Source: Hydrurus foetidus (taxonomy: Eukaryota). From it: 64,000 bases of DNA. Each line of letters begins with the position of its first letter. The stretch's first letter is position 1. The stretch spans positions 1,240,001 to 1,304,000 of the forward strand of contig UYFQ01000001.1 in the NCBI GenBank assembly GCA_900617105.1, written 5' to 3'. Below, in pieces: positions 50,211 to 58,894 of this stretch. The position numbers and the translations under genes were made by a program. Below the pieces are notes generated by a model, which was not told where the DNA came from, did no database searches, and was given only the letters and a program-made list of their open reading frames with translations.

Positions 50211-50789
50211 CGCTACCCCAAACGCCTCATGGCTCACGATGATCCAGGCGCGGTCGGCTTGCTGCGCGCAGTCCGCCAAGGCGGCTTCCAAGTAGCGCAG
50301 CGATGCGGTGTCCAGCGCGTTCAACGGCTCGTCCAGCAGGGTGACTGGCGTGTGCGCAGACAGCGCCGCCGTTAACCAGACTTTGCGCTGGGTGCCGGTG
50401 GAAAGCGCTCGCATCGGGGTTTGCAGGTGAGGCGTGAGACTGAACCCGTCCACATGCGCGGGCAGGGCTTGGGCATCGAACGAAGGGTACAGGCTCTGCA
50501 TGAACCCCAGGTACTCCAGCGGTGTGAGGTGGTCAAACGCGATGGGGCCGGGGCCGCACCAGAACAGGCGACGGCGGTAGTCCATCGCATCGGGGGTAAG
50601 AGGAATGCCTTGTAAGGTGATCTGTCCGTGGTTGGGTTGCACAATGCCAGCCAGCAGCTTGAGCAGGGTGGATTTGCCGCAGCCATTCGCACCTTTGACC
50701 CAGTTCATTCCGGGTTTGAATTGCGCAGAAAACATAGCAAACAATGCATGCTGAGCATAAGAAAAGCACAGGTTTTTGATTTCAATCAT
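50166..50789 (-). CDS. ABC transporter ATP-binding protein
   Basis: GANGCGKST, LSTGTQRK, LLDEP, SH; ATG overlaps the upstream TGA; the longer 572-aa ORF is spurious at its 5' end. Confidence 0.88.
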   Translation of the reverse strand: MIEIKNLCFSYAQHALFAMFSAQFKPGMNWVKGANGCGKSTLLKLLAGIVQPNHGQITLQGIPLTPDAMDYRRRLFWCGPGPIAFDHLTPLEYLGFMQSLYPSFDAQALPAHVDGFSLTPHLQTPMRALSTGTQRKVWLTAALSAHTPVTLLDEPLNALDTASLRYLEAALADCAQQADRAWIIVSHEAFGVASDKAGVLILGDKLG

Positions 50790-51928
50790 TGTCCTACCTC
50801 TGATGCAAAAGCCACCACGATGACCAGCATCAACAGCCACAGCGCGGCCTCGTCTTGTGATTTGGCACCCCGTCGGGCCAGCGACTTCACCACCACCAGG
50901 CCACTGCTGATGCCGCTGGTGATGAGATAGCCCAGCAGGGGCGCGGGGAACAACTGATTGCGCATCCATACACCCGTGACGCCAATCAACAGCAGCGCCA
51001 ATACGAACGGGGTGATGGCCAGGGCTTGCCGGGTTCGCAACAGCCCTGCTGGGGCGATGGGCAAGGGTGCGCAGGCATCGTGCAAAGAAGCCAAATCGGT
51101 GTTGATGAGCAGACACAGGCGGGTGGTGGCAGCAAAAGCGAGAGTGGCGTGGGCGGCAAGCGTCCAACCCATCATGCCGGGCCAGCGCAGCATGGCAGCG
51201 CTGCATAACAAACCGAGTACGGCGCTTGCCATGCTGATGTGCGCAACGCGCTGAGCGGGGCCGCGCAGCAAGGGGAGGGCAGTCATCAGCCATAACATGT
51301 TGGATGTGTATGGTGATTTTTTTGTACTGAATAGGCTTTTTGAGCATGCCAAACCAGCGTAGTGAGCTCCTGAATTTGTAGTGGCTTGAGGCGGCCTGCG
51401 CCACCACTTGAGCACCCACAAACCCCACGCCACGGAGCCTGCCAGCGATACCACCACCATGCACAGCGCCAACCCCCGTACCGGACTGACCCACGCTGCG
51501 CCAGATGCCAACCATGTCGCTGACCCCGCGCTGTACACCACAACCAAGGGCGTGAGTGCCATCAGGGTGATGTGCAAGTCGCTGCGCCGCAGCATGGCAG
51601 CGCTCAAAGGCAGGGCACGTTCGGCATCGCTCCAAGCTCGGGGCCACAGCAGTGAGCGCAGGGCAAAAATCACCACGCCCCCCAACAGTGAATGCGCCAA
51701 TGTGGCAAGCAAGGCCATGCCCAGTGGCCATGATGCCGCATGAAAAAGAGGTGCAACGGTCCAAGCCAGCAAACCCGCCATGCCGCTGATACCTGCACTG
51801 GCCCCCGAACCCAGCAGCAGCAAGCCCATCACGATGTAGACCGCCCATCGTTTCAAAAAGCGTAGCAGTTCGGCAAGACACCATCTTCGGTGGACCTGCT
51901 TGTAGCTCAGCTTGGGGTAGGGTTGCAT
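50786..51928 (-). CDS. Polytopic membrane protein, putative ABC permease partner
   Basis: Many hydrophobic segments with two-half internal symmetry (ALPLS / APLPIA); translationally coupled to the ATPase; start uncertain. Confidence 0.7.
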   Translation of the reverse strand: MQPYPKLSYKQVHRRWCLAELLRFLKRWAVYIVMGLLLLGSGASAGISGMAGLLAWTVAPLFHAASWPLGMALLATLAHSLLGGVVIFALRSLLWPRAWSDAERALPLSAAMLRRSDLHITLMALTPLVVVYSAGSATWLASGAAWVSPVRGLALCMVVVSLAGSVAWGLWVLKWWRRPPQATTNSGAHYAGLACSKSLFSTKKSPYTSNMLWLMTALPLLRGPAQRVAHISMASAVLGLLCSAAMLRWPGMMGWTLAAHATLAFAATTRLCLLINTDLASLHDACAPLPIAPAGLLRTRQALAITPFVLALLLIGVTGVWMRNQLFPAPLLGYLITSGISSGLVVVKSLARRGAKSQDEAALWLLMLVIVVAFASEVGQ

Positions 51929-51958
51929 ACGGCTTATTTTCACGGTTCTCTGAGCCTG

Positions 51959-51991
51959 AAGCTTTGAATTGGCTTTGAATTGGCTTTGGAT
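51959..51991 (-). promoter_or_regulatory. Triple 11-bp direct repeat (TGGCTTTGAAT), putative OmpR-family binding site
   Basis: AAGCTTTG 51959, TGGCTTTG 51970, TGGCTTTG 51981. Confidence 0.55.
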
Positions 51992-52140
51992 TGCATCGCC
52001 CAGTTTGCTACCTGCATGTCACCATATCGCTCTGGGGACAATCCTCACAGTGGCGATACCGCACAATATAAGACGCACACATTGAGTTGCACAGCAGCTT
52101 ATTTTCAGCTTTTCCCTCATAACTTCACCGGAGATTCCCC

Positions 52141-52932
52141 ATGACCCGCACCATCCAACAACTTTTTGACCTCAAAGGCAAAACCGCTCTCGTGACCGGC
52201 GGCTCACGCGGTCTGGGTCTGCAAATGGCGCACGCGCTGGGCGAGGCAGGGGCTCGCATCATGATTAACTCACGCAAAGCTGCTGATTTGGAAGTGGCCG
52301 TAGCCGAGTTGAAAGCCGCAGGCATTGATGCCCAATTCATCGCAGCCGATTGCGCCAAAGAAGAAGACATCCGCCGCTTGGCCGATGAGACGATCGCCCA
52401 GTTTGGCCGCGTCGATATTTTGGTTAACAACGCCGGTGCGAGCTGGGGTTCCCCCGCCGAAGACCACCCCGTGCCCGCCTGGGACAAGGTGATGAACCTG
52501 AATATTCGAGGCTACTTCATCCTGAGCCAGCACATCGCCAAGCACAGCATGATCCCCAACAAAGGCGGGCGCATCATCAATATCGCCTCCATCGCTGGCC
52601 TGAACGGTAACCCCAAGGGCATGGACACAATCGCCTACACCACGTCCAAAGGTGCCGTCATCAACTTCACGCGGGGTTTGGCAGCAGAATGGGGCGATCA
52701 CAACATCACCGTCAACGCCATTTGCCCCGGTTTCTTCAAAACCAAGATGGCGATTGGCCTGATCGAGGCGTTGGGCGAAGACAAAATGGCTGCCGGTGCA
52801 CCGCTGAATCGCCTGGGCGACGACGAAGACCTCAAAGGTTTGACCCTGCTTTACGCCTCGGATGCCGGCAAGCACATCACCGGCCAGTGGCTGGCGGTGG
52901 ACGGCGGTGTGAGCGTGGTGACGGGCGCTTGA
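52141..52932 (+). CDS. SDR oxidoreductase (gluconate 5-dehydrogenase-like)
   Basis: TGGSRGLG, NNAGASWG, YTTSK. Confidence 0.9.
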   Translation: MTRTIQQLFDLKGKTALVTGGSRGLGLQMAHALGEAGARIMINSRKAADLEVAVAELKAAGIDAQFIAADCAKEEDIRRLADETIAQFGRVDILVNNAGASWGSPAEDHPVPAWDKVMNLNIRGYFILSQHIAKHSMIPNKGGRIINIASIAGLNGNPKGMDTIAYTTSKGAVINFTRGLAAEWGDHNITVNAICPGFFKTKMAIGLIEALGEDKMAAGAPLNRLGDDEDLKGLTLLYASDAGKHITGQWLAVDGGVSVVTGA

Positions 52933-52955
52933 GTCAGCCAACAGGTGCCCCCGCT

Positions 52956-53345
52956 ATGGACTACCCCAGCCCCATCCCCTTCGTCCATTCGCAAGGCATA
53001 GAACTGATCGCTTCTGCCGACGGCAAGTCGGAGTTGCGCATGACCGTGCGTCCCGACCAGGAAAACCACCTCAAACTGGCCCACGGTGGCGTGCTGATGA
53101 CGCTGCTGGACGTGGCAATGGCCCAAGCCGCCCGCAGCGCCAACGGTGGCACCTCGGTCATCACGATTGAGATGAAAACCACCTTTTTTCAACCCTCACT
53201 GGGTGTGCTGACGGCGCGTGGCACGCTGCAACATAAGACGGGGCGCATGGCCTTTGCCGAAGCGACGGTGTTCGATGCCGACGGCAAAGCTTGTGCGCAC
53301 AGCACGGGGACGTTCCGGTACATCACGCCACGGGTTGAGGGTTGA
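52956..53345 (+). CDS. PaaI-family thioesterase
   Basis: N..LAHGGVLMTLLDVAM, TIEMKTTF. Confidence 0.88.
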   Translation: MDYPSPIPFVHSQGIELIASADGKSELRMTVRPDQENHLKLAHGGVLMTLLDVAMAQAARSANGGTSVITIEMKTTFFQPSLGVLTARGTLQHKTGRMAFAEATVFDADGKACAHSTGTFRYITPRVEG

Positions 53346-53362
53346 GGGTTGAGGGTTGAGGG
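53332..53362 (+). repeat. Heptamer tandem repeat (GGGTTGA)4GGG
   Basis: Direct reading; contains the thioesterase stop codon. Confidence 0.95.
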
Positions 53363-53456
53363 CAACGTAACGGTTGCTGTATGTCAGGCATCCAACTCGG
53401 ATTCAGAGCGAAGGATATGAATCCGAGATGGGTGAGTGGTGCAATTCCAAAACCGC

Positions 53457-53484
53457 AAAAACCGTGGTTTCAAGACGGTTTTTT
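53457..53484. terminator. Probable bidirectional intrinsic terminator
   Basis: AAAACCGT-loop-ACGGTTTTTT hairpin flanked by A and T runs. Confidence 0.55.
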
Positions 53485-53502
53485 GTCCTTTTTACATCTT
53501 TT

Positions 53503-53530
53503 ATTTAACATAATATACATCGTATGAAGT
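53503..53530 (-). other. dif: Chromosomal dif site (XerC/XerD recombination site)
   Basis: Minus strand ACTTCATACGA-TGTATA-TTATGTTAAAT; XerD arm and central hexamer identical to E. coli dif; KOPS polarity converges here. Confidence 0.88.
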
Positions 53531-53635
53531 GTACTATGGGATGCAGTAGGAGCGTAGCTAGAGCAAACAGATTTGAAGTTCAAGGTGCTTGCCATCGATG
53601 CGGACATGCAGCCATGACGGCCGACGTGATGCTGA

Positions 53636-53908
53636 GTCCACTGGAAGTCAAACTTCTACAATGATGGCATTGCAATCACTGCACGCACTCGGAGTATTCA
53701 CAGCAGCTTGCCGTTTGACGACCATTGCGCGACCGAATACGCCTTTCTGGTTGCCGCTCGTTCCGCACAGGGGTACCCCATTTCGACAAAAGATGTCCAA
53801 ATTGCGGCAACGGCTTTGGTTCACCGGATGGTGCTGGCGACACGCAACGTCAAAGACTTCAAAGGTCTTGAGGAATTGACGGTGATCAATCCGTGGACTG
53901 ACAACTGA
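53636..53908 (+). pseudogene. Remnant of a PIN/VapC toxin gene
   Basis: C-terminal LPFDD..DVQIAATAL..LATRNVKDF..INPW present; N-terminal LDTN motif, start codon and antitoxin absent. Confidence 0.75.
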
Positions 53909-53932
53909 CCACGCCATCGAACGGCAACGCCC

Positions 53933-54574
53933 ATGAAAACCTCATCCATCGCCCCCTTCTTCGCCACCCTCCAAGCCGCCAACCCGCAGCCCGTCACCGA
54001 GTTGGCTTACACCTCGGTCTTTGAGCTGCTGACCGCCGTGCTGCTGTCCGCGCAAGCCACCGATGTCAGCGTCAACAAGGCCACCCGCACGCTCTTCCCC
54101 ATCGCCAACACCCCGCAAAAAATCCTGGCATTAGGATTGGATGGGCTGGAGGGTTACATCAAAACGATTGGCCTGTACCACTCGAAAGCCAAACACCTGC
54201 TGCAAACCTGCGAGATGCTGGTGACGCTGCACGGTGGTCTTGTCCCCCGCACCCGCGAAGCGCTGGAAGCCCTGCCCGGCGTGGGGCGCAAGACGGCGAA
54301 TGTGGTGCTTAACTCGGCCTTTGGCGAACCCACCATGGCGGTGGACACGCATATTTTCCGCATGGGCAACCGCACAGGCTTGGCACCGGGCAAAACGCCG
54401 CTGGAAGTGGAGTTGAAACTGCTCAAACGCATCCCCAAAGCGTATTTGGTCGATGCCCACCACTGGCTGATCTTGCACGGGCGCTATGTGTGCCAAGCTC
54501 GGAAACCACTGTGCTGGGAGTGCAGCGTGGCGGACTTGTGTGATTTCAAACCGAAGACGCTGAAGACCGCTTAA
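53933..54574 (+). CDS. nth: Endonuclease III
   Basis: LLSAQATD, HhH LPGVGRKTANVV, VDTH, C-X6-C-X2-C-X5-C Fe-S motif. Confidence 0.96.
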   Translation: MKTSSIAPFFATLQAANPQPVTELAYTSVFELLTAVLLSAQATDVSVNKATRTLFPIANTPQKILALGLDGLEGYIKTIGLYHSKAKHLLQTCEMLVTLHGGLVPRTREALEALPGVGRKTANVVLNSAFGEPTMAVDTHIFRMGNRTGLAPGKTPLEVELKLLKRIPKAYLVDAHHWLILHGRYVCQARKPLCWECSVADLCDFKPKTLKTA

Positions 54575-54597
54575 CCTAAGCAACCTGACAGATGCCC

Positions 54598-54981
54598 ATG
54601 CTCCAACGCATCCACCACGCCGCCATCATTTGCGCCAACTACGAAGCCTCCAAACGCTTTTACACCGAGTGCCTGGGGCTGCGCGTTGTCGCTGAACATT
54701 ACCGGGCAGAGCGCCAGTCGTACAAACTTGACCTCGCGCTGCCTGATGGCGGGCAAATCGAGCTTTTTTCCTTCCCCGGTGCGCCACCCCGCCCGTCCTA
54801 CCCCGAGGCGCAAGGTTTGCGCCATTTGGCGTTTGTGGTGGACGATGTAGCGCAGTGCAAAACCACGCTGGAAGCCCACGGCATCACCGTTGAGGCCGTG
54901 CGCGTGGACGAGTACACCGGCCGGCGCTTTGTCTTTTTTGCTGATCCGGATGGGCTGCCGTTGGAGCTTTACGAGGCGTGA
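54598..54981 (+). CDS. VOC/glyoxalase family protein (YaeR-like)
   Basis: IHHAAIIC, SYKLDL, IELFSF, GLRHLAF, FFADPDGLPLELYE. Confidence 0.88.
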   Translation: MLQRIHHAAIICANYEASKRFYTECLGLRVVAEHYRAERQSYKLDLALPDGGQIELFSFPGAPPRPSYPEAQGLRHLAFVVDDVAQCKTTLEAHGITVEAVRVDEYTGRRFVFFADPDGLPLELYEA

Positions 54982-55006
54982 AAAGGGATAAACGGACAGG
55001 ATAAGC

Positions 55007-55813
55007 TCAGTATTTGTAAGTCACCAACACCGCTGCCACCGGCTGGCGACGAGTAGCCACCACGGGGCTGTTCGCGGCGAGCGTTGCCAACTTGGTTGCC
55101 CCCACAAAGCCGGACAGGTGCCAGTGCTTGTCAACCTCATAGTCCAACCCCACCGACGGCGTGCTGCTGAGAAAACCGACTTGGGGGGCGTAAGACGCAT
55201 AGCCTGACGCTACTGATTGTGTAGCATTCACCCCATAGTAAGACTGCGCATAGCGGGTATCAGCCCAGTTCACATACACATCCACGAACGCACTGAGCTT
55301 GGGTGTGACGGGTACGCCCACCGTAGCGCCCAGCGTCGCCAAGGTGCCGTTTTGTGAACGTGTCGCCTTCAGCACGTTGCCATAAACGGTGACGGCACCT
55401 TTGATGGGCCGCCACTCAAAAAAGCCATTCGCAGCCGCGCTGCCATCCACATCGCCCAGACCCCGGTAGCGGGCTTCTCGGCTTTCTTTGCGGCCCAGCA
55501 TGTAGTTGGCAGACACGCCCACGCTGAGGGTGGGCGTGTCTGCCAGCAAGTAACCCACGCCATTGAGCGTGCTGGCAAACCAACGGCCTCGGGCCAGCTC
55601 GATGCCGATCAGCGGGTCGGTGCGCGATTGCAGCAGCACGCCTTTGAAGAACGACTGCGTGCCACGCGCAGCGCCCACCGAGAGTTCCAGCTTCCAGGTG
55701 TCGGCATCGGGCGAACCCATTTGGGCATGGGCAGACGTTGCGGCCAAGCAGGCGCTGGCTATGCAAGAGAGAAGGTGAAGGCGGGGATAAAGGCGGAGAT
55801 GGAGATTTTTCAT
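55007..55813 (-). CDS. MipA/OmpV-family outer membrane protein
   Basis: Signal peptide; LGDVD, YAQSYYGV, ANSPVV; aromatic C-terminal residue. Confidence 0.82.
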   Translation of the reverse strand: MKNLHLRLYPRLHLLSCIASACLAATSAHAQMGSPDADTWKLELSVGAARGTQSFFKGVLLQSRTDPLIGIELARGRWFASTLNGVGYLLADTPTLSVGVSANYMLGRKESREARYRGLGDVDGSAAANGFFEWRPIKGAVTVYGNVLKATRSQNGTLATLGATVGVPVTPKLSAFVDVYVNWADTRYAQSYYGVNATQSVASGYASYAPQVGFLSSTPSVGLDYEVDKHWHLSGFVGATKLATLAANSPVVATRRQPVAAVLVTYKY

Positions 55814-55838
55814 GCCGCAACTTTACGGCACAGCGCTA

Positions 55839-56945
55839 TCAGCGCGGCACACCGCAGACCAACACACCGGGATCATTGTGGACAACGGCACGGTCATTCT
55901 TGGCCTGTGCCACGCCCATGTCGCGGGGCAGCGTGACACCGTTTTTCACCGCCAAAATTTCGGCCATCACGCTCACCGCAATCTCAGACGGGGTTTTGGA
56001 GCCGATGTAGATGCCGATGGGGCCGCGCAGGCGGGCCAGCGTCTCGGGGGGTTGGTCAAAGTGTTCGATCATGCGTTGCTGGCGGGCATCGTTGTTGCGG
56101 CGGCTGCCGATGGCACCGACGTAGAACGCCTCGGTTTTGAGGGCTTCGAGCAACGCCAAATCGTCCAGCTTGGGGTCGTGCGTGAGGGCCACCACGCAGC
56201 TGCGGCGGTCGGGTTTGAAGGCCAGCACCACGTCGTCGGGCATCTCGCTGACCACGGTGGCGGCGGGGACGCTCCACGCGCCTCGGTACTCCTCACGCGG
56301 GTCGCAGACGGTGACGGCGAAACCGCTGAAGAGCGCCATCGTGGCAAGGTACTCGGTCAGCTGGCCGGCACCGATCAGCAGCATGCGGTACTCGGGGCCA
56401 AAGGTGTTGGTCAGCTCGGTGGCGGTATCAGAGGAGGAAAAAGAAGAGGAAGAGGTAAAGGCCAATTCCGCAGGCGCGCTAGCAGGGATCAGGGTGATGG
56501 CACCATCGCTCAAGCGCACGGTGCGCTGCACCAGTTGGCCGCCTTCGAGCAAGCGCACCAACGCCGCCAGACTGGCGGGGTCTGGGTCGTATTCCAGCAG
56601 CAACTCCAGCGTGCCTCCGCAAGGCAGACCAAAGCGGTGGGCCTCGTCAGCGGTGATGCCGTATTTGACGAAGCCGGGGGGGCCACTGGGGATATGGTTG
56701 GGGCTGAAGTCTCCGGCAGCCGCTCCTTGCGCGTAAGCCTGCGTGAAGCGGTAAATCAAATCGTCTTCGATGCACCCCCCCGACACCGACCCCACCACCG
56801 CGCCATCTTCACACAGCGCCATGATGGAACCCACCGGGCGCGGTGAGCTGCCCCAGGTGCGCACCACCGTGGCGAGCAGCGCCCGCTTGCCCTGTTGCCT
56901 CCAATCGCGCAGCGTGCGCAGCACCATCACATCGAGGTTTTCCAT
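55839..56945 (-). CDS. XdhC/CoxI-family Moco maturation factor
   Basis: TWGSSPRPVG, GSVSGGCIE, GLPCGG, THDPKLDD, YVGAIGSRR. Confidence 0.92.
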   Translation of the reverse strand: MENLDVMVLRTLRDWRQQGKRALLATVVRTWGSSPRPVGSIMALCEDGAVVGSVSGGCIEDDLIYRFTQAYAQGAAAGDFSPNHIPSGPPGFVKYGITADEAHRFGLPCGGTLELLLEYDPDPASLAALVRLLEGGQLVQRTVRLSDGAITLIPASAPAELAFTSSSSFSSSDTATELTNTFGPEYRMLLIGAGQLTEYLATMALFSGFAVTVCDPREEYRGAWSVPAATVVSEMPDDVVLAFKPDRRSCVVALTHDPKLDDLALLEALKTEAFYVGAIGSRRNNDARQQRMIEHFDQPPETLARLRGPIGIYIGSKTPSEIAVSVMAEILAVKNGVTLPRDMGVAQAKNDRAVVHNDPGVLVCGVPR

Positions 56946-56958
56946 AGAGGGATACGCC

Positions 56959-57579
56959 TTATTTCAGCAGGTAAACCAGCGCGATGACCACCGCAGCGGC
57001 ACCCACAGCCCAGGCCCACATCGGGATGCCATTTTGACCATCTGATGAGGCTTTACCGCTTACGGGATCTGCTACACCAGCTACGTTATCCATAGCAACC
57101 GGCACCTCTGCCACAGGCGGTGCGGGGTAGCGGCGCTGCATCTCGTTGTCAAAGCGTTTGAAGAAGTCTTCGGCCATCGACTTGGCGGCACCGTCGATCA
57201 AGCGCTGGCCGAGTTGGGCGATCTTGCCGCCCACCGACGCATGCACCACATAACCCAACTCGCAGCCCGGTGCACCATCGGCCAGCGGGGTCAGGTTGAC
57301 TTTGGCGTCGCCCTTGCCAAACCCAGCCGCACCGCCCTGCCCTTCAAAGGTGATGGTGTAGCTGTGGGGGGGCACGATGTCCGCCAGATTGATCTTGCCA
57401 CCAAACTTGGCCGATACCGGGCCAATTTTGAGCGCCATGCCGATGGCGTATTGGTTCTCGCCGGTAGGCTCCACCTTGTCGCAACCGGGGATGCAGAGCT
57501 TGAGGACTTCGGGGTCGTTCAGCGCGTCCCAGGCTTGTTGCTGGGTGACGGCGAGGGTGCGGCTGGCTTGCATGTCCAT
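56959..57579 (-). CDS. coxG: CoxG-like SRPBCC protein with C-terminal membrane anchor
   Basis: WDALNDPEVL..CIPGC, KIGPVSAKF, GGKIAQLGQRLID. Confidence 0.88.
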   Translation of the reverse strand: MDMQASRTLAVTQQQAWDALNDPEVLKLCIPGCDKVEPTGENQYAIGMALKIGPVSAKFGGKINLADIVPPHSYTITFEGQGGAAGFGKGDAKVNLTPLADGAPGCELGYVVHASVGGKIAQLGQRLIDGAAKSMAEDFFKRFDNEMQRRYPAPPVAEVPVAMDNVAGVADPVSGKASSDGQNGIPMWAWAVGAAAVVIALVYLLK

Positions 57580-57622
57580 GAAGGTGTTCCTTGAGGTTTG
57601 TCCGTAGGGGAGAGTTTAAAAA

Positions 57623-58885
57623 TCAACGGGCCAGCAGCACGGCAATGCTGCGGGCCAAATCTTGCAGGCGTTCCAAATTGTGAACGGCCACCATGCCGTG
57701 CGCGTGCTGGTGCAGCACCGCAGCACCGCGTGCGGTGGGCGCGTAGCCGTCAAAGCGCAACAGCGGATTGAGCCACAAAAGGCGGCGGCTGTGGCGGCGC
57801 AGCCAAACCAGCTCATTCGCCAACTCGGTGGGCTCGCCAGTATCCAGCCCATCGGTAATCACCAGCACCAGCGTGCGGCGGCCTACCAAGCGGCGGGCGT
57901 GGCGTTGGCGCAAAGTACCCAAAGACTCACCCAATCGGGTACCTCCAGCGAAGTCAGCTATTAATTCGCTAGCATTTACCAACATCGCATCGGTGTCGCC
58001 CAAGGCAAAGGCAGGCGTGAGATCGGTCAAATGGGTGCCAAAGGCGAACACATCGCGGCGGCGGTGCGTTCGGGTGGCGGCGTGCAAAAAGGCCAGCAGC
58101 AGGCGAGCGTAGCGTTCCATCGAGCCGGACACATCTACCAGCACCAGCAGCGGCAAAGGTTGCGCCCGGCGTTGCAGACGCGGCAAGCGCAACAGCTCGC
58201 CCCCCGTCTGCGCGGCTTGGTGCATCACGCCGGGCCAGTGGATGCGGCTGCCCCGGCTGCCCGGCTGGGTGCGGCGCGCGGGCACACTGGGAATGGGCAA
58301 GTGAATATCCCGCGCCAAACGGGCGACGAGGTGGTATTCGGTGGCGCTCAGGGCGTTGAAATCGGCGTGTTGGAGGCGCTGCAAATCGCTGGCCGTCATG
58401 GCCGCGTCGAACTCAACCTTGGTTTCGGTGGGCTTGGGCATCGCCTGCGCCACCGCTTTTTGGGGCGACAGCGCTTCACGCACACGCGGGCGGCGCTTAG
58501 ATGGCGCCGCTTTGCCCTCGGCACTGGGCAGCATCTGGGCCAAAAGCTTGTTGGCGATTTCAGGATCGCGGAAGTAAGCGTCAAACAACTCACGAAACAC
58601 CAAGCGGTCAGGCTCACGGCTGACCAGCACGGACTCGATGGCAGCACTCAGGTCAGGCTTGTTGTCCAGCCCCACCAGCATCGCGGCTTGCTGGGCCAGC
58701 GCGATGCGGGAAGCGTCAGCAGACACCCCCGCGCGGCGCAAGGCACGGCCAAAGCCGGTGATGTTGTCGGCAAGCTTGCCGGTGCGCGAGTCCCCTAGGA
58801 AACTGACCCCCACGCTTGTCGTTTCACGTACTGCGCTGCCCCCCGTGGGGGCCTTCGCGCCTTGGGGCGGCCCGGCGGTGCTCAT
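57623..58885 (-). CDS. coxE: CoxE-like VWA domain protein
   Basis: DVSGSMERY, FAFGTHLT, GGTRLG, TDGLD, WLNPLLRFDGY. Confidence 0.88.
   Translation of the reverse strand: MSTAGPPQGAKAPTGGSAVRETTSVGVSFLGDSRTGKLADNITGFGRALRRAGVSADASRIALAQQAAMLVGLDNKPDLSAAIESVLVSREPDRLVFRELFDAYFRDPEIANKLLAQMLPSAEGKAAPSKRRPRVREALSPQKAVAQAMPKPTETKVEFDAAMTASDLQRLQHADFNALSATEYHLVARLARDIHLPIPSVPARRTQPGSRGSRIHWPGVMHQAAQTGGELLRLPRLQRRAQPLPLLVLVDVSGSMERYARLLLAFLHAATRTHRRRDVFAFGTHLTDLTPAFALGDTDAMLVNASELIADFAGGTRLGESLGTLRQRHARRLVGRRTLVLVITDGLDTGEPTELANELVWLRRHSRRLLWLNPLLRFDGYAPTARGAAVLHQHAHGMVAVHNLERLQDLARSIAVLLAR
58807..58885. repeat. GC-rich palindromic repeat element forming the CoxE N-terminal extension
   Basis: CCCCCACGCT..GCCCCCCGTGGGGGC..GGGGCGGCCCGGCG stem-loops; translates as MSTAGPPQGAKAPTGGSAVRETTSVG. 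Confidence 0.6.
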
Positions 58886-58894
58886 GGCTGGCTT

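Noticed and set aside
50166..51884. 572-aa ORF suggesting a novel N-terminal domain fused to an ABC ATPase
   Set aside because: The 5' part overlaps the membrane-protein gene in another frame; the ATPase has its own RBS and ATG at 50789 coupled to the upstream stop.
52025..52105. Hairpin and PhaR-like TGCA motifs upstream of the SDR gene
   Set aside because: Short and imperfect; not distinguishable from chance in GC-rich DNA.
51959..53362. CRISPR array from the short tandem repeats
   Set aside because: Units are 7-11 bp without unique spacers, and no cas genes are present.
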